Shown here: one piece after another, positions 56,553 through 64,000 of the stretch | How the letters are laid out: each line of letters starts with the position of its first letter | Numbering within the stretch: position 1 is the stretch's first letter | The notes under the pieces: generated by a model | The model's input: the letters and a program-made list of their open reading frames with translations, nothing else | Database searches by the model: none | What the model was told of the DNA's origin: nothing | Translations under genes and position numbers: made by a program | Source: Anaerolineales bacterium | GTDB taxonomy: Bacteria > Chloroflexota > Anaerolineae > Anaerolineales > Villigracilaceae | Assembly (NCBI GenBank): GCA_035283125.1 | Contig: DATEUN010000020.1 | Location: forward strand, 6,092 to 70,091 | Length of the DNA: 64,000 nucleotides | Direction of reading: 5' to 3'

Positions 56553-56576
56553 GCGTTAATTTTAGCATGGAACGAT

Positions 56577-57077
56577 CTAATAGCGCACTATAGTGCAGCC
56601 GTATGGTTGGGTTTCTGTAATTTCAGGAGTTTTTCCATCGAGGATTGCATTAATTGCATCCACTACAAAAAGCTGGCTGGCTTCTCTGCGACGAAAGGTC
56701 AGGTCATCAAATGCTCCTTGATATTCCAAACACCCTTTCTTATCGAAAAGAAAACAATGAGGTGTGGTCTTTGCGTCCATCAGGTCAGCTGCTTTCTGAT
56801 CTTTATCCCAAAGAATGGGTTTTAATCTCCGCAGATCAGCAATTTCCCTGAGCATACCCAAGGACTCGTTTCGGTTTGAAGCGATCCTGACTATTTTCAC
56901 CGAATCATGCCAGGACTGCTTATTTTTTTCCAATTCCTGATCCGCCCTTTCAGATTGTGGACATTCAGCAGACCAAAAAACCAGCAACAAAGGTTTACCA
57001 ATGAATTCTGTGAGGGAGAGATTGCCATCAAATAGATCCGGAAGTGTAATTTTCGATACCTGGTCAAAGATTCGCAT
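56577..57077 (-). CDS. Thioredoxin-fold (redoxin/TlpA-like) protein with CPQS motif
   Basis: GKPLLLVFWSAECPQSERA at the position of the Trx-fold active site. Confidence 0.65.
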   Translation of the reverse strand: MRIFDQVSKITLPDLFDGNLSLTEFIGKPLLLVFWSAECPQSERADQELEKNKQSWHDSVKIVRIASNRNESLGMLREIADLRRLKPILWDKDQKAADLMDAKTTPHCFLFDKKGCLEYQGAFDDLTFRRREASQLFVVDAINAILDGKTPEITETQPYGCTIVRY

Positions 57078-57226
57078 AGTTTGATTATACCAACCTGATC
57101 AATCATTAAAGGATCGTTATCGGGTAGAATTGACTGGCACCATGCTTAAACTATTTCCTTCGACAACAATACCTGCCAGGAAATAATCCTGGATCGAAGC
57201 GACAAAAGTAGGAGATTTGGGATAAC

Positions 57227-58237
57227 ATGAAACGCTGGCATTTCTGGCTGGGTCTGGTCATCAGCGCTTTTTTCCTGTATTGGGCATTCAGCAAGATCGA
57301 ATGGCTCGATTTTTGGGCTTCCATCCGTGATGCCAATTATCTCTGGTTGATACCGGGCATAGCTGTATACTTCATCGGGGTGTGGATCAGAGCCTGGCGT
57401 TGGCATTACCTTCTTTCACCTATTAAAAAAATTCCAACCAAAACCATGTTCCCCATCACCACGATCGGATATATGGGCAACAATATCTACCCCGCCCGAG
57501 CTGGAGAGGTGCTGCGTGCAGTCATTCTTAAGCGCAGGGAGGGTATATCCGTTTCTGCTTCATTGGCATCAATCATTGTTGAACGTATCTTTGATGGCGT
57601 GGTCATGCTGGCATTTGTGTTCATCAACCTGCCGGAATTAGCCAAACTGGCAGGTTCTGAATCTGGTTTTGTGGGAAACATCCAATCCCTGGCATTGTGG
57701 GGAACTGCAGCCTTCATGGGAGCACTGATCATCTTTCTCCTGGCAGCCATGTTTCCAATTGTGACGATGAAGATCGGATTATGGGCAATCAATCATTTCT
57801 TGCCAGGTAAGATACGTGAAAACAGTTCCTCCATCCTGGAGAAATTTCTGGAAGGGTTGGCATCATTAAGGTCGCCTTTTAACATCCTGATGGTATTCCT
57901 CACCTCCGTCGTGATCTGGTTGTTGGAAACTGGAAAATACTGGTTTGTCATGCAAGCTTTCCCATTCGAGGTGAATTTCTTTACACTCATGCTTTTGAAT
58001 GGTATTGCCAACCTGGCGACGACGATCCCTTCCGCGCCTGGATACATTGGCACCTGGGAAGCTGTAACAAAAGCTGTACTTGTAGCTTTCAACGTACCCG
58101 AGGGTACAGCCCTGGGATACGCAGTTGTATTACATGTTGCATTATGGCTTCCGATCACACTTCTCGGAGCATATTACCTCGCCCGTGAAGGTATCAAGTG
58201 GAGTGACAGCTTAAGAAAAGAAACTAAACCCCTGTAG
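57227..58237 (+). CDS. UPF0104 / lysylphosphatidylglycerol-synthase-TM-like (flippase-like) membrane protein
   Basis: About 8 TM segments; RAWRWHYLL and NIYPARAGEVLRAVILKR are typical of this family. Confidence 0.7.
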   Translation: MKRWHFWLGLVISAFFLYWAFSKIEWLDFWASIRDANYLWLIPGIAVYFIGVWIRAWRWHYLLSPIKKIPTKTMFPITTIGYMGNNIYPARAGEVLRAVILKRREGISVSASLASIIVERIFDGVVMLAFVFINLPELAKLAGSESGFVGNIQSLALWGTAAFMGALIIFLLAAMFPIVTMKIGLWAINHFLPGKIRENSSSILEKFLEGLASLRSPFNILMVFLTSVVIWLLETGKYWFVMQAFPFEVNFFTLMLLNGIANLATTIPSAPGYIGTWEAVTKAVLVAFNVPEGTALGYAVVLHVALWLPITLLGAYYLAREGIKWSDSLRKETKPL

Positions 58238-58297
58238 ACGTGATCTTATATTTATGATAAGGATTGAGAAACCCTTAAAAGATAATCGGAGTAAATC

Positions 58298-59596
58298 ATG
58301 AAAGTTGCGATCGTTGGAGCTGGTTTCGGAGGTATGGCAGCCGCTTTTGACCTGGCAAAAACCGGTCACGATGTCACCATTTTTGAAGCAGAAGAACATC
58401 CCGGAGGGTTGGCGGCAGGATTCAAGGAGCCTGGCTGGGACTGGTCTGTGGAAAAGTTTTACCACCATTGGTTCGCCAGTGATAAACATATGCTTGGATT
58501 GGTGGAAGAACTGGGGTGGTCAGACAAGGTGGTCTTTCCAAGGCCTTATACGGTTATGTTTTATAAAGGAAAATGGTATCCCTTCGATTCCATATTAAAA
58601 GCAATCCTCTTCCCAGGATTAGGGTGGGGATTTAACAAAGTCCGGTTTGGGCTGGTGGGTTTGTTTTTAAGGTTGACCAATCAATGGAGATCTCTTGAAA
58701 AATATACTGTCGATGAGTGGATGCGGAAATGGGCTGGCGAGAAAGTCTACCGCATGATGTGGGAACCGCTTGTCATCGGAAAATTTGGTGAAAATTATTA
58801 TAAAAAAGTCAACATGGCTTGGATGTGGGCACGACTTAAGGCACGAACGACCCGATTGGGAACTTTTGAAGGTGGTTTCCAAAACTTTGCCAATATGTTT
58901 GCAGAAAGATTATCTGAGATGGGTGTAAGTTTCAATTATCAAACACGGATCAAAACCATTTCTCAATCTGATGATGGGGAATCGGTTAGGATCGAGAGTG
59001 ATAGATCAACCAGCGATTTCGACCGGGTACTGGTCACTTCTTCTCCTGCCAGCCTGGCCAGGCTGGCACCTTCCCTTCCGGGAAATTACCTTGATAAGAT
59101 ACTTGCCCTTAAGAGTATGGCTGCACTTGTTATGGTCTTCTCGCTCAAACGGCAACTATCAAACCAGGGGTATTACTGGTTCAACTTACCCAAGAATGCT
59201 GGTTTTCCATGCCTGGCACTTGTAGAACATACCAATTATGTCTCGCCAGAGCATTTTGGGGGTGACCATATTGTTTATATGGGCGATTATCTTGAGCCAA
59301 GCCATGAATATTTTGAGAAAAGTCATGACGAACTGCGCGAACTCTTTATTCCCGGTTTGAAAAGAATAAATCCCGAATTTCAAATTGATTGGATCAATAA
59401 AACCTGGTTATTCTCAACGAAATACGCCCAGCCTGTTCCATTAGTCAATCACTCCAGGAATATTCCATCAATTCAAACTCCCATGAAAGGATTATGTTTT
59501 GCCAGCATGAGCCAGGTTTATCCATGGGATCGTGGTACGAATTTTGCTGTGGAGATCGGAAGAAAAGCAGCCAAGTTGATGATGGAGGAATCATAA
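58298..59596 (+). CDS. FAD/NAD(P)-dependent amine-oxidase/phytoene-desaturase-like oxidoreductase
   Basis: N-terminal dinucleotide motif KVAIVGAGFGGMAAA...FEAEEHPGG. Confidence 0.75.
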   Translation: MKVAIVGAGFGGMAAAFDLAKTGHDVTIFEAEEHPGGLAAGFKEPGWDWSVEKFYHHWFASDKHMLGLVEELGWSDKVVFPRPYTVMFYKGKWYPFDSILKAILFPGLGWGFNKVRFGLVGLFLRLTNQWRSLEKYTVDEWMRKWAGEKVYRMMWEPLVIGKFGENYYKKVNMAWMWARLKARTTRLGTFEGGFQNFANMFAERLSEMGVSFNYQTRIKTISQSDDGESVRIESDRSTSDFDRVLVTSSPASLARLAPSLPGNYLDKILALKSMAALVMVFSLKRQLSNQGYYWFNLPKNAGFPCLALVEHTNYVSPEHFGGDHIVYMGDYLEPSHEYFEKSHDELRELFIPGLKRINPEFQIDWINKTWLFSTKYAQPVPLVNHSRNIPSIQTPMKGLCFASMSQVYPWDRGTNFAVEIGRKAAKLMMEES

Positions 59597-59752
59597 CTTT
59601 CCTGGATTTTTCATCAAAATAACAAATCTTTTGGATAAATTATTTATGGAATTATTCATCCAAAATTCAACTCGTAAGGTAAAATATGAACATAAATTGT
59701 CCCCCGGCGGTATTCGCCGGGCTAATGGTCATCGCCCATACAGGAGGATATC

Positions 59753-60178
59753 ATGTACAGTACAGTGATTATTGTCGGAAATGTTGGTCGCGATCCGGAA
59801 ATGCGTTATACACCTTCCGGCCAGGCAGTCACCAGTTTTTCGGTGGCGACCAATCGTCAATATACCAATAATAATGGTGAATCTATCAAAGAGACAACCT
59901 GGTTCAAAGTGTCTGCCTGGGGTAAACAAGCAGAGACATGCAACCAGTACCTGCGAAAAGGAAGTAAGGTATTGGTGGAAGGTCGTCTTACTGCTGATCC
60001 AACAACTGGTGGTCCAAGGATCTGGAAAGCCCAGGATGGCAGCCCAAGAGCATCATTTGAGATCAGCGCTGGAACAGTCCGGTTCCTGTCATCACGTTCA
60101 GAGGCAGATAGCGGGTCATCCTTGGCTGATGATGATGCTCCATACACTGATGCGGGTGATGATGACATTCCCTTCTAG
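59753..60178 (+). CDS. ssb: Single-stranded DNA-binding protein
   Basis: OB-fold IIVGNVGRDPEMRYTPSGQAVTSFSVA...TWFKVSAWGKQAE...KGSKVLVEGRL and an acidic tip DDDIPF. SD aggagga. Confidence 0.95.
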   Translation: MYSTVIIVGNVGRDPEMRYTPSGQAVTSFSVATNRQYTNNNGESIKETTWFKVSAWGKQAETCNQYLRKGSKVLVEGRLTADPTTGGPRIWKAQDGSPRASFEISAGTVRFLSSRSEADSGSSLADDDAPYTDAGDDDIPF

Positions 60179-60195
60179 AAACTAAAGAGGTTTCC

Positions 60196-60525
60196 ATGAG
60201 CAATCAAGGAACACCCCAATCGCCAACCCTGGAAGCCAATCCGGACTTAAAGATTACGTATGCCAACCTGGCACGGATCGCTCATTCCCCGGCAGACATC
60301 ATCATTGATTTCGCTCACTTGCTTCCAGGGGAAGTGAAAGCCCAGATCGGCGCTCGAATACTATTATCTCCCATCAGTGCCAAACTGTTGCACCGAGCCC
60401 TCGGTGAGAACCTGGCACGTTTCGAGGCTGCTTATGGATCCATTCAAATACCGGTGAACACAACATTGGCTGATAACCTGTTCAGGCCTCACCAACCACC
60501 TCCCGAACCTCCTGAAGAGGAATAA
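60196..60525 (+). CDS. DUF3467 domain protein
   Basis: YANLARIAHSPADIIIDF...RILLSPISAKLLHRALGENLARFEAAYGSI matches the DUF3467 pattern. It begins 17 nt after ssb. Confidence 0.7.
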   Translation: MSNQGTPQSPTLEANPDLKITYANLARIAHSPADIIIDFAHLLPGEVKAQIGARILLSPISAKLLHRALGENLARFEAAYGSIQIPVNTTLADNLFRPHQPPPEPPEEE

Positions 60526-60597
60526 TTAGAAACCGGGTGTGAGATCGATAAGGTCCCACACCCTTATTTGATATATCATCCACTCGAGGGCCAAACC

Positions 60598-61254
60598 ATG
60601 GAAAAACTGGAAGAGATCGCGGACAAGATCCGTCTGACATTTGACAATCATACCCAGGCTCGTGACAATGCACTTACCCAATCCCGCCAGCTGATCCGGT
60701 TTTGCTCTCAGGCTATCAGGGCTGTTCACCGTGAAGAAACTGACGTGATGAATGAGCACCTTATGGAAGCCGGGATTTTGGCAGATGCACTCACCACCGG
60801 GTTGAATGATTATCCCAACCTTTATCACACAGGATACACGCAGGATGCTCTCAAAGAGTATGCAGAAGCAAGAATAACTTGTGCCTTGATCATGGGTGAA
60901 CCTCTTCCCTCGCCAGAAGAGATCAATGTAATTCATTCCACCTGGCTGAAAGGTCTATCTGAAGTTGTCGGTGAATTACGAAGACGATGCCTAGACGTTT
61001 TGAGGAAGGGAAATTCTGGAGAGGCTGAACGCCTGCTCGTGTTGATGGATGATATTTTTTCCGTGTTGGTGACGATGGACTATCCGGATGCGATTACCAA
61101 TGGACTCAGACGTCAAACAGATATTGCACGCAGTATCATCGAACGAACACGAGGTGACCTTACCTTTAGCCTTCAAGGAGAAAACCTGGCAAATGCAATT
61201 TCCAAGCTCAGCCTTCAATTATTGAATGATGAGCAAGACGGGAATAAACCTTGA
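60598..61254 (+). CDS. Translin/TRAX (C3PO-like) family protein
   Basis: Helical protein with YTQDALKEYAEA, GLSEVVGELRRRCLD and GLRRQTDIARSIIERTRGDL, which follow the archaeal/bacterial translin-family pattern. The start is set at ATG 60598. Confidence 0.65.
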   Translation: MEKLEEIADKIRLTFDNHTQARDNALTQSRQLIRFCSQAIRAVHREETDVMNEHLMEAGILADALTTGLNDYPNLYHTGYTQDALKEYAEARITCALIMGEPLPSPEEINVIHSTWLKGLSEVVGELRRRCLDVLRKGNSGEAERLLVLMDDIFSVLVTMDYPDAITNGLRRQTDIARSIIERTRGDLTFSLQGENLANAISKLSLQLLNDEQDGNKP

Positions 61255-61351
61255 AAGAGCGGAAATCAAAGCAGTTGTCATTCTCATCGAATAATTTGCT
61301 TATTTTCAATTCAATTTCCATAATAACTATCCAGATGTCATTCCCGGAAAT

Positions 61352-61768
61352 ATGAATATCTACTTTGCATGCTCAATAACAGGAGGGAGAGAATACCAAG
61401 CCATCTACCAGGCAATTACGAATTTCCTGTTGACTTCGGGTCATATTGTTCCTACAGCACACCTGGCAGACCAGGATGTGGTCGATCTTGAGAAGGTTGT
61501 GGACGCAAGGGAAGTCTATACAAGGGATATAGACTGGATCGAAGCATGCGATCTGCTTGTCGCCGAGGTCAGCACGCCATCTCATGGTGTTGGATATGAA
61601 ATTGGGTACGCTCTCACCCTGGGCAAACCTGTTTTTTGCCTTTACAAGAAGGGAATCAAAGTTTCAAAAATGATCACCGGAAATCCGAATCCACATCTTT
61701 ACGTGGTTTCTTACCTCGATGAATACGAGGCTATTTCTCACCTTACCAGTTTTCTTGAGAAATATTAG
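61352..61768 (+). CDS. 2'-deoxynucleoside 5'-phosphate N-hydrolase (DNPH1/Rcl)-like, nucleoside 2-deoxyribosyltransferase superfamily
   Basis: IYFACSITGGRE, DIDWIEACDLLVAEVSTPSHGVGYEIGYALTLGKPVFCLY closely parallels the mammalian DNPH1 motifs (YFCGSIRGGRE, VVAEVTQPSLGVGYELG). Confidence 0.8.
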   Translation: MNIYFACSITGGREYQAIYQAITNFLLTSGHIVPTAHLADQDVVDLEKVVDAREVYTRDIDWIEACDLLVAEVSTPSHGVGYEIGYALTLGKPVFCLYKKGIKVSKMITGNPNPHLYVVSYLDEYEAISHLTSFLEKY

Positions 61769-61910
61769 TCATACTTGTGAACTTTATCACTAATTTGTAT
61801 GACATTGGTCTCTTTTGCAAAATCCCCTGTTGAGATACTATTTAGCTGGAGACGGATATGAGACACCTCCAACATGTGCATATGCACTACTGTCTCCTCC
61901 TTTGGCGAAC

Positions 61911-61948
61911 GCCTCCGCTTGGTATCCACCACGCGGAGGCTGTTTTTA
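61911..61948 (+). terminator. Rho-independent terminator about 140 nt downstream of the DNPH1-like gene
   Basis: gcctccgc (61911-61918) / gcggaggc (61933-61940) followed by tgttttta. Confidence 0.65.
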
Positions 61949-61965
61949 ACCAGAGGTTTTTGTGC

Positions 61966-63060
61966 TTATGCTGGGTTGTCCCTATTGTGTTGACCTGTTT
62001 CCTTGACAATGGGGAAGGTAATGGTGAATACAGCTCCGCCGTCTTCGGGAGAATCAACACAGATCTGTCCTCGATGTAGATCAACGATCGATTTCACAAT
62101 CGATAATCCCAATCCCGATCCATTAACCTTGGTGGAGATATTACTTCCCCGGAAGAATTTTTCAAAGATATGTGGTTGATCACCAACAGGGATCCCAGGG
62201 CCATCATCGGATACTTGAAATATCAATTGCCCGAATTCAACTTTTAAAGATGCAAGTATCTTTCCATTTTCAGGAGAATATTTTAACGCGTTACCCAACA
62301 AATTATCGATCAATTGACGAATCCGCAGTGGATTGCCATGCATAGCTGGTACATTCCCTGCAATTGATTTGTCCAGATCGATCGCTTTCCCCTCAATTTG
62401 AAGTTTATAACTCTCCAAAGCCTCATCCAGGATATTGTCAAATTGAAGGTTATCAACAAAGCCTGAAGCGCCAGCTTCTATCCTCCCCAGCTCTAATAAA
62501 TCGTTGATCAAAGCAGTGATTGTCCCCACGCTCGATTGAACACTGCGAATAAATTCCTTTTGTTTCTCATTAAGCGGACCAACCCGTTCCAGGAGATCCA
62601 CGTAACCGGTTATTGCGGTGAGTGGTGAACGCAGGTCATGAGAAACCGTATTTACAAAATCATTTTTCATCCGATCGATCTTTTTCAAATGGGTGATATT
62701 CTGGAGAGTTACAGAAACACCCACTCCGGGAATAGGAGCGCATTGCGCCATGAAAACCCTGTTATCCTCAAAATATAACTCACGATCAGCACTGGGATTT
62801 TCATGCTGCATTGAAATTAATTCCTTAAGATCCTCATTTTCGATAAGGGTGAAGATGTTTTTCCCTTCAACCTCTTTTTCCTGAACAGCAAATAATTGCC
62901 TTGCTGCCGGATTTATATAATTAATGGATTCGTTGGAATCCAATACAATGAGACCGACCTCAATATGGTTAACTATTTTCTCCAGCTTCTCAGATCGACG
63001 CAGACCTTTATGCAATTTATCCATACCTTGCCTTACTTTTCTCCTGGTCAAATCTCGCAA
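61966..63060 (-). CDS. PAS-domain sensor histidine kinase (HisKA + HATPase_c), cytoplasmic
   Basis: H-box FVNTVSHDLRSPLTAI, N-box GNALKYSP, DDGPGIP and GSGLGLSIVKSI. No TM segments. Confidence 0.9.
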   Translation of the reverse strand: MRDLTRRKVRQGMDKLHKGLRRSEKLEKIVNHIEVGLIVLDSNESINYINPAARQLFAVQEKEVEGKNIFTLIENEDLKELISMQHENPSADRELYFEDNRVFMAQCAPIPGVGVSVTLQNITHLKKIDRMKNDFVNTVSHDLRSPLTAITGYVDLLERVGPLNEKQKEFIRSVQSSVGTITALINDLLELGRIEAGASGFVDNLQFDNILDEALESYKLQIEGKAIDLDKSIAGNVPAMHGNPLRIRQLIDNLLGNALKYSPENGKILASLKVEFGQLIFQVSDDGPGIPVGDQPHIFEKFFRGSNISTKVNGSGLGLSIVKSIVDLHRGQICVDSPEDGGAVFTITFPIVKETGQHNRDNPA

Positions 63061-63235
63061 AGCTAATAACCCATTAACAACATAGTCAGATCAGTTCAAG
63101 CCAATTTTCTACGATTACATAACTGATCCAAGAATTGAAATTTGATAGATGATAGCTGTTTTTTACAATTTCCATTGTTAATTCGAACCACCCCAAAAAT
63201 TAATATTACTTTTCGCGTTTTTTTCCTTGTGCAAT

Positions 63236-64000
63236 TTATGAGGGGGAATCCTGCAATCTTGTCAACACTAAGGCAGTCATTTCGGCTATGAATTCTCCCA
63301 TCTTCATTTTGTTCTTCTCGAAAGGAACATTCCCGTTTCTTACAAGAACAATTAATCCATTAACTTTATTCATTGCTTTAATGGGAATCACTGCTGCTGC
63401 CTGCCCAAGGTTGGCAATTTTGAATCTTTTAAGAGAGACTCCATTTAACGCAAGGCTTTCTCCCGACATTGCAACCAGTGTGCTGATCCCATCATCCATC
63501 GTGGTACCTAATTTTTTAATCCATAATTCCGGCAAGTGCCATTCAGCTGCAAGCCGGTAAGTTCCATACTCGAAATCATAGGCATATATCCAACCCAAAT
63601 CAGAAGCGCATAAATGGGATGCACCTTCCAGCACTCTAGCCATCAATTCTTTTTGATCCCTTATGGAAAGCATTGACTTGCAGAAAGCAAGAAGTATTTT
63701 CAATTCCTGGATATTTTTTTTGGAATTCTGTATCGTTTCCTTCAGCTCCATGTTCAACCCATTAGAATCACGGATGGAACGAGACTTCAGGAGGCAGCGT
63801 TCGACCACTGCCACAATTTCCGTATCCCTTGCAGGCCAAATGATATAATCTTCAGCGCCTACTCTAATTGCTTGAAGAATATCCTTCTCCTGCCCTTCTC
63901 TGGCTACCACGATGCAGCTTGCCTGGATCCCCTGTGAAGAGGCGGCAACCAATAGATCCTTCGCACTTAACCCCGGCATGTTTATATTAACAAGTATCAC
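63236..64000 (-). CDS. Receiver-like domain (degenerate) plus GAF domain protein; 5' end outside window
   Basis: The ORF runs off the window edge. The REC-like segment VILVNINMPG...CIVVARE...DYIIWPA is followed by a GAF-like region (ILLAFCKSMLSIRDQKELM...GWIYAYD...AAVIPIKA). Confidence 0.7.
   Translation of the reverse strand: MILVNINMPGLSAKDLLVAASSQGIQASCIVVAREGQEKDILQAIRVGAEDYIIWPARDTEIVAVVERCLLKSRSIRDSNGLNMELKETIQNSKKNIQELKILLAFCKSMLSIRDQKELMARVLEGASHLCASDLGWIYAYDFEYGTYRLAAEWHLPELWIKKLGTTMDDGISTLVAMSGESLALNGVSLKRFKIANLGQAAAVIPIKAMNKVNGLIVLVRNGNVPFEKNKMKMGEFIAEMTALVLTRLQDSPS

Noticed and set aside
59684-59700. GAACATAAATTGTC upstream of ssb as a possible second LexA box
   Set aside because: It does not fit GAAC-N4-GTTC: the right half-site is missing and the spacing is wrong. 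Other GAAC...GTTC pairs seen at about 10342-10350 (N1), 41633-41642 (N2) and 37832-37846 (N7) also have wrong spacing and lie within or next to coding sequence.
59772-60185. 137-aa ORF in an alternative plus-strand frame overlapping ssb
   Set aside because: The ssb frame is unambiguous (OB-fold motifs, DDDIPF tip, strong SD). The overlapping frame has no SD or recognisable motifs.

Overview
A dense window of about 60 genes with short intergenic gaps, many 4-nt overlaps and roughly mid-40s %GC by eye. It looks chromosomal, and the gene content suggests a Chloroflexota/Anaerolineae-like bacterium; that is an unverified inference. I found no rRNA, tRNA, CRISPR array, integrase or transposase. 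Most genes are housekeeping: era, tldD/pmbA, lexA, a four-subunit 2-oxoacid:ferredoxin oxidoreductase, fabI, fmt, coaBC, rsmG, recF, def and ssb. Three regions stand out. (1) 9413-13127 (-) is a five-gene operon (DUF2089 Zn-ribbon/HTH protein, two DUF4097 beta-helix proteins, two small paralogs). Every product carries the same ~25-aa SHOCT-like/LiaX-N-type helix motif. It sits divergent from an autoregulated lexA. (2) 16582-26141 (+) holds two TPR proteins that share a private ~140-aa N-terminal module. They bracket a 7TM-PAS-GAF histidine kinase, a NarL-type regulator and an orphan ORC/Cdc6-like AAA+ ATPase, which resembles a split STAND-type NTPase/TPR signalling set with no recognisable effector. 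(3) 59753-61768 (+) is an ssb - DUF3467 - translin/C3PO-like - DNPH1-like nucleic-acid cluster. All homology calls come from motif recognition by eye; no database search was run. Start codons were adjusted from the ORF track where a Shine-Dalgarno sequence supports an internal start.
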